Shown: in pieces, positions 54,429-64,000 of the stretch | Position numbering within the stretch: position 1 is the first letter of the stretch | How the letters are laid out: each line of letters opens with the position of its first letter | NCBI GenBank assembly: GCA_016933675.1 | Contig: JAFGAM010000014.1 | Location: 47,727-111,726 of the forward strand | From: Candidatus Anaeroferrophillacea bacterium | Lineage (GTDB): Bacteria > Desulfobacterota > Anaeroferrophillalia > Anaeroferrophillales > Anaeroferrophillaceae | Length of the DNA: 64,000 nucleotides | Reading direction: 5' to 3' | Translations under genes and position numbers: made by a program | The notes under the pieces: generated by a model | The model's input: the letters and a program-made list of their open reading frames with translations, nothing else | What the model was told of the DNA's origin: nothing | Database searches by the model: none

Positions 54429-55550
54429 TCAATCAAACAGCTCCTTCACCTTGGCAAAGAAACTCTTGTGCTGCGGCTGACAATCAGCGCCGATCTCGCA
54501 GCTGAGCTCACTGAGCAGTTCCCGCTGGCGCGAGGTCAGGTTGGTGGGGGTTTCCACGACGAGTTGAACGATCTGGTCGCCGCGGCCGTAACCGTTGAGA
54601 AACGGCACCCCCTTGCCGCGCAGCTGAATCAGGTGTCCGGACTGGGTTCCCGGCTCGACGGTGATGGACCGCCTGCCCTCCAGCGTCGGCACCTCGATCT
54701 CGGCACCGAGCGCAGCCTGGGGGAAACCGATGGGTACCCGACAGATGATGTCGTTGCCTTCGCGGGTAAAAATGGGGTGCGACTTGACATTGATGATGAC
54801 GTACAGGTCGCCATGGGGCCCGCCCTTGATGCCGGCGCTGCCCTCGCCCCGGAGTTTCAGCCTGGTGCCGGTTTCGACCCCGGGGGGAATCTTTACGGAG
54901 ATGGTCTTCTCCCCCGTCACCCGGCCCGACCCATTGCAATTCCGACAGGGGTGACTGTTGATGCTACCCTCCCCGTGACAGGTGGGACAGGTCTGGTTGA
55001 TGCTGAAGAATCCCTGTTGAAAACGGACCTGACCGCGGCCGTGGCAGGTAGGACAGACATCCGGCTTCGACCCGGGTTCCGTCCCGCTACCGCCGCATTC
55101 CGTACAGATCTCCTGACGCGGCACCTTAATCCGCGCCTGGGTACCGAAAACGGCCTCCTCGAACCCGATCTCCAGTGAGTAGCGCAGGTCTTCACCGACG
55201 CGACCGCCGGCCCGGCGGCCGGCGCCGCCACCGCCGAACACCTCGCCGAAGAGGTCGTTGAAAATATCGCCGAAGTTGCCGAAACCGGATGAATCAAACC
55301 CGCCAGCGAAACCGCCGCCGCCGTTGCCGCTGACTCCGGCGTGGCCGAATTGGTCATAGGCAGCACGCTTCTGAGAGTCGGAAAGCACCTCGTAGGCTTC
55401 GCTCAGCTCCTTGAATCGTTCTTCCGCTTCCTTGTCCCCGGGGTTCCGGTCCGGATGATACTGGAACGCCAGCTTCCGATAGGCCTTCTTGAGCTCCGCT
55501 TCCGAAGCATTCCGGTTGACTTCCAGAACCTCGTAGTAATCCCGCTTCAC
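54429..55550 (-). CDS. dnaJ: molecular chaperone DnaJ
   Basis: J-domain DYYEVLEV...HPDRN, a G/F region, and four CxxCxGxG repeats. Confidence 0.95.
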   Translation of the reverse strand: MKRDYYEVLEVNRNASEAELKKAYRKLAFQYHPDRNPGDKEAEERFKELSEAYEVLSDSQKRAAYDQFGHAGVSGNGGGGFAGGFDSSGFGNFGDIFNDLFGEVFGGGGAGRRAGGRVGEDLRYSLEIGFEEAVFGTQARIKVPRQEICTECGGSGTEPGSKPDVCPTCHGRGQVRFQQGFFSINQTCPTCHGEGSINSHPCRNCNGSGRVTGEKTISVKIPPGVETGTRLKLRGEGSAGIKGGPHGDLYVIINVKSHPIFTREGNDIICRVPIGFPQAALGAEIEVPTLEGRRSITVEPGTQSGHLIQLRGKGVPFLNGYGRGDQIVQLVVETPTNLTSRQRELLSELSCEIGADCQPQHKSFFAKVKELFD

Positions 55551-55574
55551 GCCTGCCCGTCCTCATTCCGCCGC

Positions 55575-55812
55575 GCCGCAGATGGCACCGCTGCTCGTTA
55601 TTCACCGACACATAGACGAGATGGAGCCGTAACCGTTGCCGAACGGCCGGTAAAACCCAATGCTGCCCGGGACGATTGTAGCCGTGTAACTTACCGTTCA
55701 GCAGGGAGAGGGCGATGCGGTCCAGCTCGCATGTCGGCGAAACATTTCCCGGGTCGCATCTATGTGCCGGCGTCCGGCACGCCAGGGGGTGTCTGGTTAC
55801 GAAGCCATCAAA
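55575..55812 (-). repeat. intergenic element family, copy R9 (between dnaK and dnaJ)
   Basis: Minus strand reads TTGATGGCTTCGTAACCAG (55795-55812) ... GGCAACGGTTACGGCTCCATC ... GCGGTGCCATCTG. Confidence 0.6.
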
Positions 55813-55852
55813 CAAGCCATGCCCGGGGCATTGCTTAAACCCCGGGCATGGC
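55808..55852 (-). terminator. hairpin terminator after dnaK
   Basis: 13-bp stem GCCATGCCCGGGG/CCCCGGGCATGGC, followed on the minus strand by TTGTTTG. Confidence 0.6.
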
Positions 55853-55872
55853 GCGCGGACATCTTCCCTCGG

Positions 55873-57786
55873 TTACTTTTTTTCGTCCTTGACTTCCTCA
55901 AAATCGGCATCGACCACTTCCTCGTCAGCGCCACCGGCCCCTGCCGTCGGCGCCTCGCCGCCGGTCTCTTGGCCGGCGGCGGAGGCCTGGGCGTACATCG
56001 CTTCCGCCAGCTTGTGGGACGCGGCGGTCAGACCTTCCATCGCCGAGTTTATCGCGTCGATGTCGCTGCCGTCCTTCACCGACTTGAGCTGATTCGCCGC
56101 CGCTTCGATATTGCCGCGATCCGCGGCACCAACCTTGTCGCCCATCTCCTTGAGTGACTTTTCGGTGGTGTAGATCAGGGTATCGGCCTGGTTACGTACA
56201 TCGATGAGCTCGCGCTTCTTCTTGTCATCGGCGGCGTGGGTCTCGGCGTCCCTGACCATCCGGTCGATCTCCTCCTCACTGAGTCCGCTGGAGGCCTTGA
56301 TCTCGATGGACTGCTCTTTGCCGGTGGCCTTGTCCTTCGCCGCCACGTGGACGATGCCGTTGGCGTCGATATTGAAGGACACCTCGATCTGGGGCACACC
56401 CCGGGGCGCCGGCGGAATGCCGACGAGATCGAAGGTGGCCAGGGTCTTGTTGTCGGCCGCCATCTCGCGCTCACCCTGGAGCACGTGGATGCTCACCGCC
56501 GTCTGGCTGTCGGCGGCGGTGGTAAACACCTGACTCTTTTTGGTGGGAATGGTGGTGTTCTTCTCGATAAGTTTGGTCATCACGCCGCCGAGGGTCTCGA
56601 TCCCCAGGGAGAGGGGGGTGACGTCCAGCAACAGAACGTCCTTGACGTCGCCCTTGAGCACACCACCCTGGATCGCGGCACCGATGGAAACCACTTCGTC
56701 CGGGTTGACCCCCTTGCTGGGATCCTTGCCGAAGATCTCCTTGACCTTCTGCTGCACCCGGGGCATGCGGGTCATGCCGCCGACGAGGATGACATCGTTG
56801 ATGTCGCCCGGGGTCACCCCGGCGTCCTTCATCGCCACCCGGCAGGGCTCAGCCACCCGCTCGATCAGATCCTCCACCAGACGCTCGAGAGTCGCTCGGG
56901 TCAGCCGCTGGCTCAGATGCTTGGGACCGGAGGCATCAGCGGTGATGAAGGGCAGGTTGATATCGGTCTCCATGGAAGAGGAAAGCTCACACTTGGCCTT
57001 TTCCGCCGCTTCCTTGAGCCGCTGCAGGGCCATCTTGTCCCGGCGCAGATCAATCCCCTCAGTTTTGCGGAATTCATCGGCAATGTGGTCGATGATGCGC
57101 TCATCGAAGTCCTCGCCGCCAAGGAAGGTGTCGCCATTGGTGGCCTTGACCTCGAACACGCCATCACCGAGTTCGAGGACGGAAATATCGAAGGTCCCGC
57201 CGCCGAGATCGAAGACGGCAATCTTGCCTTCCTTCTTTTTGTCTTCACCATAGGCCAAAGACGCCGCAGTGGGCTCGTTGATGATCCGCAGCACATTGAG
57301 GCCGGCGATCTTGCCGGCGTCCTTGGTGGCCTGGCGCTGGCTGTCGTTGAAGTAGGCCGGCACGGTGATCACCGCCTCGGTCACCTCCTCGCCGAGGTAG
57401 TCCTCCGCGGTCTGCTTCATCTTCTGCAGGATCATCGCCGACACCTCCGCCGGGCTCTGGTCCTTGCCGCGGATTTGCACCCAGGCGTCGCCGTTGGAAG
57501 CCTTGACGATCTTGAACGGCACCTTGGTCATCATCTGCTGCACCTGCCGGTCCTCGAACCGGCGGCCGATAAGGCGCTTGACGGAAAAGATCGTATGCTC
57601 GGGATTGGTAACCGCCTGACGCTTGGCCAGCTGGCCCGTAAGCCGCTCGCCGGCATCGTTGAACGCCACCATCGACGGCGTCGTGCGGCCGCCCTCGGCG
57701 TTGGTGATCACCTTCGCTTCTCCCCCCTCCATGATGCTGACGCAGGAGTTGGTGGTTCCCAGATCAATACCGATAACCTTGCCCAT
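55873..57786 (-). CDS. dnaK: molecular chaperone DnaK
   Basis: Start at ATG 57786 ([16 protein letters not shown]). 637 aa. Confidence 0.97.
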   Translation of the reverse strand: MGKVIGIDLGTTNSCVSIMEGGEAKVITNAEGGRTTPSMVAFNDAGERLTGQLAKRQAVTNPEHTIFSVKRLIGRRFEDRQVQQMMTKVPFKIVKASNGDAWVQIRGKDQSPAEVSAMILQKMKQTAEDYLGEEVTEAVITVPAYFNDSQRQATKDAGKIAGLNVLRIINEPTAASLAYGEDKKKEGKIAVFDLGGGTFDISVLELGDGVFEVKATNGDTFLGGEDFDERIIDHIADEFRKTEGIDLRRDKMALQRLKEAAEKAKCELSSSMETDINLPFITADASGPKHLSQRLTRATLERLVEDLIERVAEPCRVAMKDAGVTPGDINDVILVGGMTRMPRVQQKVKEIFGKDPSKGVNPDEVVSIGAAIQGGVLKGDVKDVLLLDVTPLSLGIETLGGVMTKLIEKNTTIPTKKSQVFTTAADSQTAVSIHVLQGEREMAADNKTLATFDLVGIPPAPRGVPQIEVSFNIDANGIVHVAAKDKATGKEQSIEIKASSGLSEEEIDRMVRDAETHAADDKKKRELIDVRNQADTLIYTTEKSLKEMGDKVGAADRGNIEAAANQLKSVKDGSDIDAINSAMEGLTAASHKLAEAMYAQASAAGQETGGEAPTAGAGGADEEVVDADFEEVKDEKK

Positions 57787-57992
57787 TATTCGTTCCTCCT
57801 CGATATGGCAGTGCAATCACTGCGTAGGTCATCACTTCGCGGATAGTGGTTCAGCAATCACTTCTTCCTTGCCTGCCCGTACCTACCGCACCGGGGCAGA
57901 CCCTGCAACCATGATCACTGCGGCTTACTGACCGCAAAACCTGATGATGGACACTAAAAAAACTCGATCTTCCTTGTGGGGCCGCAAGCCGA

Positions 57993-58628
57993 TCAGTCTC
58001 CGGCGGGAGCCCGGGCAACGGTCACCAGCGCCGGCCGCAGCAGCCGGTCGTGGTAACAGTAGCCCTTCTGATGCTCGCAGATCACCGTATTGGGCGGCAC
58101 TTCGCCGGATTCCTGCTGCAGCATGGCCTCGTGAAATGCCGGATTGAAAGGGTGGTTCAGGGCATCCACCGGGGTCACGCCCATCTTGCCCAGCACCGAG
58201 GCGAACTGGTCGAGAACCATCTTCACCCCGGCATAGATGGCGTCGCAGCGCTCGGCTTCCGAGGTATGCGCCAGCGCCCGCTCGAGATTATCCTTGAGAG
58301 GCAGGATATCGCGGATAAACTCCTCCTTGGCGAAGCGGATCACATCCTCCTTCTCCCGGTTCATCCGCTTGCGAAAGTTCTCCGCATCCGCCTGGACCAG
58401 CAGGATGCGATCCCGCAGTTCAGCGACCTCTCCCCGCAGCCGTTCCACCTCCGCCGCGGCATCGGCCGGCCCCGCAGCGGCCGACTCCGGCGCACCATCG
58501 CCGGCCGCGGTTGCGGTCGCGGCCGTTTCCGCCGCGGTCGATTCTGCGGACGCCGCCGCCGTTTCCGCCGCCGCGGCGGTACTTTCGGCCTGCCGTGTTT
58601 CGTGATTCCGTGTCATAACCTCTTCCAT
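57993..58628 (-). CDS. grpE: nucleotide exchange factor GrpE
   Basis: Ala/Glu-rich N-terminus, then LRDRILLVQADAENFRKRMNREKED. Start is ATG 58628 or 58616. Confidence 0.9.
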   Translation of the reverse strand: MEEVMTRNHETRQAESTAAAAETAAASAESTAAETAATATAAGDGAPESAAAGPADAAAEVERLRGEVAELRDRILLVQADAENFRKRMNREKEDVIRFAKEEFIRDILPLKDNLERALAHTSEAERCDAIYAGVKMVLDQFASVLGKMGVTPVDALNHPFNPAFHEAMLQQESGEVPPNTVICEHQKGYCYHDRLLRPALVTVARAPAGD

Positions 58629-58635
58629 CGCGGGG

Positions 58636-59670
58636 CTAACGCGCCGCCAGCAGTTCATCGATGACCCCGGCGGTGTACTTGACCAGGGGTATAATCCGGG
58701 AATACTCCATGCGCGTGGGACCGATGATCCCGATGCGGCCCATTGCCTGCCCCGAGCGCCCGTAGCCGGCCATGATCAGGGAGCAGCCCTGCAGCTCGGC
58801 ACATTGGTTTTCACTGCCGATGACCACGTGCATCTGCTCCCCCAGCAGGGCGTCATCCAGCAGGCGGATGATGCTGCTCTTCTCCTCGAAGGCGCGGAAA
58901 AGGGCCTTCATGCGGTCGTAATCGGCAAACTCCGGATGATCGAGCAGGTTCAGCTTGCCGTCGATCATCACGTCGGCATTCCGATCATGGTCGAACACCC
59001 GGCGACTGAACTCGACGAAACGGGAGAACAGCGCGTCGTACTCGTTCTTTTCGGCGCGCATCCGGGCAAACAGCTTATCCTTCGCCCCCTGGATCGTCAT
59101 CCCCTGCACCATGCCGTTGAGGAGATTGGAAAAACGGTTGAGATCGTCCTGATCGTAGGCCCCGCCGGATTCGAACATGACGTGCTGCACCATCCCGGAG
59201 ACATCGACGATCACCGCCAAAATCTGCCAATCGTTGAGCCGCACAAAGCGGATATGCATGAGCGCCATTTCCTCGAAATGCGGCAGACTGACGACACTTA
59301 CATAGGGCGTCATGCGGGAGAGAACCTCGATCCCCTCCCGGAGGATATCCTCGATACCGCCGTGACTCCGGGAGCAGGCCCGCCGCACCGCTTCCTGCAT
59401 CTCCACCGTCAGGCCGCTGTCGACGGGGAGCAGATGATCGACGTAATAACGAAAGCCGGTATCCGTCGGTATCCGGCCCGCCGAGGTGTGCGGCTGACAC
59501 AACAGCCCTGCATCCTCGAGATCGGCCATAACGTTGCGGATGGTGGCCGGACTCAGGCTGAAGGCTCCGGAACGCGAAATCGTCCGGGAGCCCACCGGTT
59601 CGGCACTGCGGATATAGCCGCTCACGATGGCTTCGAGGATGCGCTGGTATCGTTCGGGCAACTGGTTCAT
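58636..59670 (-). CDS. hrcA: heat-inducible transcription repressor HrcA
   Basis: MNQLPERYQRILEAIVSGYIRSAEPVGSRTISR. An alternative GTG start at 59685 exists. A CIRCE operator lies upstream. Confidence 0.9.
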   Translation of the reverse strand: MNQLPERYQRILEAIVSGYIRSAEPVGSRTISRSGAFSLSPATIRNVMADLEDAGLLCQPHTSAGRIPTDTGFRYYVDHLLPVDSGLTVEMQEAVRRACSRSHGGIEDILREGIEVLSRMTPYVSVVSLPHFEEMALMHIRFVRLNDWQILAVIVDVSGMVQHVMFESGGAYDQDDLNRFSNLLNGMVQGMTIQGAKDKLFARMRAEKNEYDALFSRFVEFSRRVFDHDRNADVMIDGKLNLLDHPEFADYDRMKALFRAFEEKSSIIRLLDDALLGEQMHVVIGSENQCAELQGCSLIMAGYGRSGQAMGRIGIIGPTRMEYSRIIPLVKYTAGVIDELLAAR

Positions 59671-59697
59671 GGGCCTCTCGCGCACGATATCACCTTG

Positions 59698-59724
59698 TTA
59701 GCACTCATTGCCGGGGAGCGCCAA
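59698..59724. promoter_or_regulatory. CIRCE operator (HrcA binding site), one imperfect arm
   Basis: TTAGCACTC-N9-GAGCGCCAA, compared with the consensus TTAGCACTC-N9-GAGTGCTAA. Confidence 0.8.
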
Positions 59725-59731
59725 CACGGCT

Positions 59732-59760
59732 AAAATAGCAATGGCCCCTCTGTTTGTCAA
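59732..59760 (-). promoter_or_regulatory. candidate sigma70 promoter of hrcA-grpE
   Basis: Minus strand reads TTGACA, 17-nt spacer, TATTTT. CIRCE begins about 8 nt downstream of the -10. Confidence 0.6.
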
Positions 59761-59831
59761 GGCAGATCGACATACCGCCATGAACCTTGGCAGGCAGCCC
59801 GGCAAACCGGCGCCCGCCCTGCCCTACCGGA

Positions 59832-59866
59832 CAAAAAAACTGCCCGGCAAAGATTGCCCGGGCAGT
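59832..59866 (-). terminator. intrinsic terminator after the dodecin gene
   Basis: CTGCCCGG/CCGGGCAG stem, followed on the minus strand by TTTTTTT. Confidence 0.75.
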
Positions 59867-59936
59867 CGATCATCCGCCTCGCGACGCCGGCGTCCGTCCA
59901 CGGCGCAGGTTGATTCACCTCCGGCAGCCGCCGCGG

Positions 59937-60146
59937 TCAGACATTATACTTGAATGAGAGCTTGACCTTGGCCCGGTAGGCCATCACCTGCCCGTTTTCA
60001 ATCTTGACATCCAGTTGGCTCACCTCGGCGACACGCAGGTCATGCAGGCTTCCGGATGCCGTTTCGACCACATTCTTGACCGCATCCTCCCATGATTCCG
60101 TGCTGGTGCCAACCAGTTCCACCACCTTGTAGATGCTCTCGTTCAT
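59937..60146 (-). CDS. dodecin-family flavin-binding protein
   Basis: Start at ATG 60146 after GGGAGGGAG. MNESIYKVVELVGTSTESWEDAVKNVVETASGSLHDLRVAEV...YRAKVKLSF. Confidence 0.8.
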   Translation of the reverse strand: MNESIYKVVELVGTSTESWEDAVKNVVETASGSLHDLRVAEVSQLDVKIENGQVMAYRAKVKLSFKYNV

Positions 60147-60541
60147 GTCTCCCTCCCTTGCCATCTTACGTTACGCCGCCACGGGCCGGTACCGGGTACC
60201 GGGACACAGTCCCGGACGCTCATCCGGGCGGACCAGCACCCTGGCGCCCCGGCGCCGGCGGCGATATGAGAAGCATGAACACACGCGGAAACGATTGTCA
60301 AGTCTGACGGCTGCATAGCGTAACCGATAACCGCCGCCATTGCCAGCTCGACGAATCGATCATCACGACAGCTTCCCCGGGAGGAACGACATACATGCGG
60401 AGACGGGTTTGAAGCTCGCCCCTGCTCCGCCACCACGACCCAGGCGGCGGCGCAACAAACAGGGATGGAACGACTCCGGGGCGATCAATCAACGCCCCGC
60501 CCGGCGAGTTCGGCGGGGATCGAAAAAACGCGCCATCACCA

Positions 60542-61579
60542 TCAAAAGAGCGTCGGCTCCTGGGGTTCCCCGGGCTCCGCCCCGCGGTCGTCGGCCGCCG
60601 GTTCGGGACCGGCGGCGGCTTCGTCCAGGGTCTCGGGACGAACGAGAAAATAGCGGTCATGGAGCCGGTTGTAGGCGGACCAGGGCGCCGCCGACACGGT
60701 CTGCTGCTGAGCGAAGAATTCCGTCAGCGAGCTGACCTTGGCGTCCAGATCGTCGAGCTGGTGCAGCACCACCGCTTCCAGGGTTTTGGGGCGTTTGGGG
60801 GAGCCGAAATTCAGTTCGCCGTGGTGGCTGAGAATCAGGTGTTCGAGCTGCATCGCGAGCCCGGCAGGAAACCCGCGAATGACGGCGATCCGGCGGTTAA
60901 CCATCTCGGCACCGATGAAGATGTGCCCCGCCAGCCGGCCCCGGTCGGTATAGTCGAAATTGCGCTCGCAGCTCAGCTCATCCACCTTGCCGATGTCATG
61001 GAGCAGCGCCCCGGCGAGCAGCAGGTCGGCATCAACCACCGGATAAAGCGGCGCCACCCGACGCGCCAGGCGCGCTACCCCGACGGTATGCTCCAGCAGC
61101 CCGCCCAGGCAGGCATGGTGCACCCCCTTGGCAGCCGGAGCCCGGCAGAAGCGGTCGGCAAACTCCCGGTCAGCGACAAACACCTGCTCCAGCAGCCGCC
61201 GGAGCCAGACGTTCGTCACGTCCTTTAGAACCGCCAGCAACTCGCGCCGCAGGCCCTCGATACCGGCGGCGGTGGTCGGCAGAAAATCGTGCGGATCGAT
61301 CTCGCCGTCATGCTTTTCGAGGTGGTCGATGGTCAACTGCAGGGCCCCCTGGTAGCGGGTGGTACGGCCGCGAACGGCAATGATGTCACCCTCCTCGAAA
61401 CGGCGGGCGTACATCTCCGCCTGCTCCCAGACGAATGCCGGCAGCCTGGCGCTGCGGTCCTGCACCTGCAGCGATATGAACGGCTTGTCGCGGCGCGACC
61501 GGCCTTCGGATTTACGGGCGACGAGTACGAGGGTCGAAACCGGCTGGCCTTCATCAAGGTCAACAAGAAACTGTTTCAT
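60542..61579 (-). CDS. OB-fold plus HD-domain 3'-5' exoribonuclease (YhaM-like)
   Basis: N-terminal OB fold (ISLQVQDRSARLPAFVWE...GDIIAVRG). HD domain (HHACLGGLLEHT...LLHDIGK). Confidence 0.75.
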   Translation of the reverse strand: MKQFLVDLDEGQPVSTLVLVARKSEGRSRRDKPFISLQVQDRSARLPAFVWEQAEMYARRFEEGDIIAVRGRTTRYQGALQLTIDHLEKHDGEIDPHDFLPTTAAGIEGLRRELLAVLKDVTNVWLRRLLEQVFVADREFADRFCRAPAAKGVHHACLGGLLEHTVGVARLARRVAPLYPVVDADLLLAGALLHDIGKVDELSCERNFDYTDRGRLAGHIFIGAEMVNRRIAVIRGFPAGLAMQLEHLILSHHGELNFGSPKRPKTLEAVVLHQLDDLDAKVSSLTEFFAQQQTVSAAPWSAYNRLHDRYFLVRPETLDEAAAGPEPAADDRGAEPGEPQEPTLF

Positions 61580-62664
61580 TCATGCTGCTCCCATGCCGCC
61601 GAAGGACTTCCAGCGGCGGCGAAATGATCGAAACCGCCGATGAGCGGGATAATCTCCCCGCTGCACCGACGCAGCCTGACGCCCGGCCGGTCATCGGCCC
61701 GGCCGACGCGGCGGACCGGAACGCCGACAGCGGCACTGACTTCGCCAACGGCCGCCGCGGCCGCCGGTGGGGCGGTGAACAGCAGCTCGTAATCCTCCCC
61801 GCCGCGAAGAGCAAAATTCCGTCGCCGAGGATCGGCCGGAACCAGGGTTCGACAAAAAGCGGGGGACAACGGCAGCGCCGACTCCTCGATGAGTACCCCC
61901 ACCGCCGGCGGGCCGGCGGTGAGATGGGCGGCATCGCCGGCCAGCCCGTCGGAGAGGTCGATCATCGCCGTCACCAGGCGGTCAGCCGCCAGCCCACAGC
62001 CGAGTCGCACCCGCGGCGTTGGCCGGTTGTGCCGCCGAACGAGAAATTCCCGGTCGGCGGCGGTCACGTGGTCGCAAAAACCACCGGCCGGGCTGAAGCC
62101 ACCGCGGAGCAGTTCCAGGCCCAGGGAACTGTCGCCGATGGTGCCGGAAACGTACACATCGTCACCCGGCCGCGCGCCCCGGCGGCGAACTGCACTCCCG
62201 ACCGTGGCGTAGCCGTGCAGGGTAACGGAAACGATGATTTCCCCGGCGGCCACCGTATCGCCGCCGAGCAGTACCACGCCCTCCGCCGCCGCCGCGGCAA
62301 GGAAACCGGCAAGAAAATCGTCCACCCAGGAACAGGGGCAGGCCGGCGGCAGGCCGAGACCGAGAAACACATGGCGCGGCACCGCGCCCATGGCGGCGGC
62401 ATCACTGAGGTTGACCGCCAGGGACTTGGCACCCAGATCGGCGGCAGTCGTAAACCGGCGGTCAAAATGCCGACCCTCCACCAGCATATCGGTGGTTACC
62501 ACCAGCTCATGTTCCGCCGGACAGGTAATGACGGCGGCATCATCGCCGATGCCGACCCGCACCCCGACCGGCATCGCGCCGGCGTGGGCGGCGATGCGGG
62601 CGATGAGATCGAATTCACCACGTTCACCGACGGCATGAGCGGAGCTCGACGGGACCGACGACAT
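61576..62664 (-). CDS. thiL: thiamine-monophosphate kinase
   Basis: GEFDLIARI...GIGDDAAVI...LVEGRHF motifs. Overlaps both neighbours by 1-4 nt. Confidence 0.85.
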   Translation of the reverse strand: MSSVPSSSAHAVGERGEFDLIARIAAHAGAMPVGVRVGIGDDAAVITCPAEHELVVTTDMLVEGRHFDRRFTTAADLGAKSLAVNLSDAAAMGAVPRHVFLGLGLPPACPCSWVDDFLAGFLAAAAAEGVVLLGGDTVAAGEIIVSVTLHGYATVGSAVRRRGARPGDDVYVSGTIGDSSLGLELLRGGFSPAGGFCDHVTAADREFLVRRHNRPTPRVRLGCGLAADRLVTAMIDLSDGLAGDAAHLTAGPPAVGVLIEESALPLSPAFCRTLVPADPRRRNFALRGGEDYELLFTAPPAAAAAVGEVSAAVGVPVRRVGRADDRPGVRLRRCSGEIIPLIGGFDHFAAAGSPSAAWEQHE

Positions 62665-64000
62665 CAGGGCGCCGGGGACGCAGCCGCGACCGCCTTCTTC
62701 TTCGTCGCCACCCGCCGGCGACGAGGCCGCGGTTCATGCTCCAGCGCGTACTTCAGCACCTCGTCGGCGCTGGACACCGGCACGAGCTCGATTTTGCGGC
62801 GGATGTTTCTGGGGATATCAACCAGATCCTTGGTATTTTCCCCCGGGTACAGAACCGTGCCGGCACCATAACGCACCGCCGCCAACACCTTTTCCTTCAG
62901 TCCGCCGATGGGCATCACCCGGCCGGTGAGGGTGATTTCGCCGGTCATCGCCACCTGGTGCCGCGCCGGAATGCCGGCCAGTGCCGAGGTCAGGGAAACC
63001 AGCAGGGTAATGCCGGCCGACGGCCCATCCTTGGGGATGGCGCCGGCAGGCACATGAATATGAATATCGCTCTCCTTGAAGATGTCGGCATCGAGACCGA
63101 AGTCCGCCGACCGGGCACGGATGATACTGAGTGCCGCATGGGCGGACTCCTTCATCACATCTCCCAGCTGGCCGGTGAGGGTCAGCGCCCCCTTCCCCGG
63201 CATCACCGTGGTCTCCACCTGCAGCACCTCGCCGCCGTAGGCGGTCCAGGCGAGCCCGGTGGCCACCCCCACCTGGTCCTCGTGTTTGCCGGTTTCCGGC
63301 AGGTAGCGCGGGGGACCGAGATATTTGGGCAACAGCCGCGGGGTCAGGCGGATCTTCGCCCTTTTGGGATTTTCGGCCACCCTGGCGGCCACCTTGCGGC
63401 ACAGGGCGCCGATGCGGCGCTCGAGGTTGCGCACCCCGGATTCGCGGGTATAGCGGCTGATAACGTGCAGGATGGCGGCATCGTTGATCTGCAGGTGATC
63501 GGCGGTAATACCGTTCTCCTCCAGTTGCCGGGGCACCAGGTAGCGCCGGGCGATATGCAGCTTCTCCTCGTCGGTGTAACCCGAGAGCTCGATAATCTCC
63601 ATGCGGTCCCGCAGCGCCGCCGGAATCGGGTCGAGCATGTTGGCGGTGGTGATGAACATGACCCCGGAGAGATCGAAGGCCACGTTCAGGTAGTGGTCAC
63701 TGAACTCGGAATTCTGTTCCGGATCGAGCACCTCCAGCAGCGCGGACGACGGATCGCCGCGGAAGTCGCTGCCGATCTTGTCGATCTCGTCCATCATGAA
63801 CACCGGGTTGCGGGTCCCCGCCTGCTTGACGCCCTGGATGATGCGCCCGGGCAGGGCACCGATGTAGGTCCGCCGGTGGCCGCGGATCTCGGCCTCGTCC
63901 TTCATGCCACCCAGTGACAGACGGTAGAACTTGCGCCCCAGCGCCCGGGCGATGGACTTGCCCAGCGAGGTCTTGCCGACCCCGGGAGGGCCGACGAAAC
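62664..64000 (-). CDS. lon: ATP-dependent protease Lon (C-terminal part; gene continues past window end)
   Basis: The frame stays open to nt 64000, where it reads [29 protein letters not shown]. Protease Ser motif [10 protein letters not shown]. The ORF-track start at 63905 is an internal Met. Confidence 0.95.
   Translation of the reverse strand, partial: FVGPPGVGKTSLGKSIARALGRKFYRLSLGGMKDEAEIRGHRRTYIGALPGRIIQGVKQAGTRNPVFMMDEIDKIGSDFRGDPSSALLEVLDPEQNSEFSDHYLNVAFDLSGVMFITTANMLDPIPAALRDRMEIIELSGYTDEEKLHIARRYLVPRQLEENGITADHLQINDAAILHVISRYTRESGVRNLERRIGALCRKVAARVAENPKRAKIRLTPRLLPKYLGPPRYLPETGKHEDQVGVATGLAWTAYGGEVLQVETTVMPGKGALTLTGQLGDVMKESAHAALSIIRARSADFGLDADIFKESDIHIHVPAGAIPKDGPSAGITLLVSLTSALAGIPARHQVAMTGEITLTGRVMPIGGLKEKVLAAVRYGAGTVLYPGENTKDLVDIPRNIRRKIELVPVSSADEVLKYALEHEPRPRRRRVATKKKAVAAASPAP

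Noticed and set aside
57816-57922. Four ATCACT[G/T] hexamers and a possible sigma32 promoter between grpE and dnaK
   Set aside because: The hexamers are too short and irregularly spaced to distinguish from chance. No CTTGAA/CCCCAT-type pair with correct spacing could be found on the minus strand.
60147-60541. FMN riboswitch upstream of the flavin-binding dodecin gene
   Set aside because: The 395-nt gap has several small hairpins but none of the RFN conserved blocks. It possibly contains a degenerate tail fragment of the repeat family instead.

Overview
High-GC bacterial chromosome segment, roughly 60-65% GC by eye. The gene content suggests an anaerobic Desulfuromonadota/Deltaproteobacteria-like organism. 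No transposase, integrase, CRISPR array or rRNA is visible.

Gene order, left to right:
- acyl-CoA dehydrogenase with etfBA
- a 4Fe-4S protein with hypAB
- an orphan OmpR-type response regulator
- dprA-smg-topA
- a sigma54-type minor-pilin operon (GspH/FimT-like, pilW, pilV, pilX, a small secreted protein) ending in a 1793-aa PilY1 that carries a PA14 domain
- a decayed patch holding a 5'-truncated, frameshifted chemoreceptor and a P-loop ATPase stub, bracketed by two long perfect palindromes
- a benzoyl-CoA lower-pathway operon behind a sigma54 promoter (small ORF, thiolase, SDR, dch, had, oah/bamA)
- mpl, priA, an NYN/OST-HTH protein, cfa, trpG/pabA, cca
- a Wood-Ljungdahl carbonyl-branch block (fhs, acsV/RACo, cooC, acsD, acsB, acsC, acsE) with no acsA/cooS in the window and a cobalamin riboswitch between acsB and acsC
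- a small HTH protein, a GNAT, tRNA-Ala(GGC), ppiD
- NRDE-thrB-dnaJ / dnaK-grpE-hrcA with a CIRCE operator
- dodecin, and yhaM-thiL-lon

The least-explained signal is a family of about 150-230-nt non-coding elements. At least 9 copies lie in intergenic and intercistronic gaps, and nearly all are co-oriented with transcription.

All calls come from reading the sequence and the ORF track. No searches were run. Boundaries of RNA and repeat features are good to about +/-10 nt.
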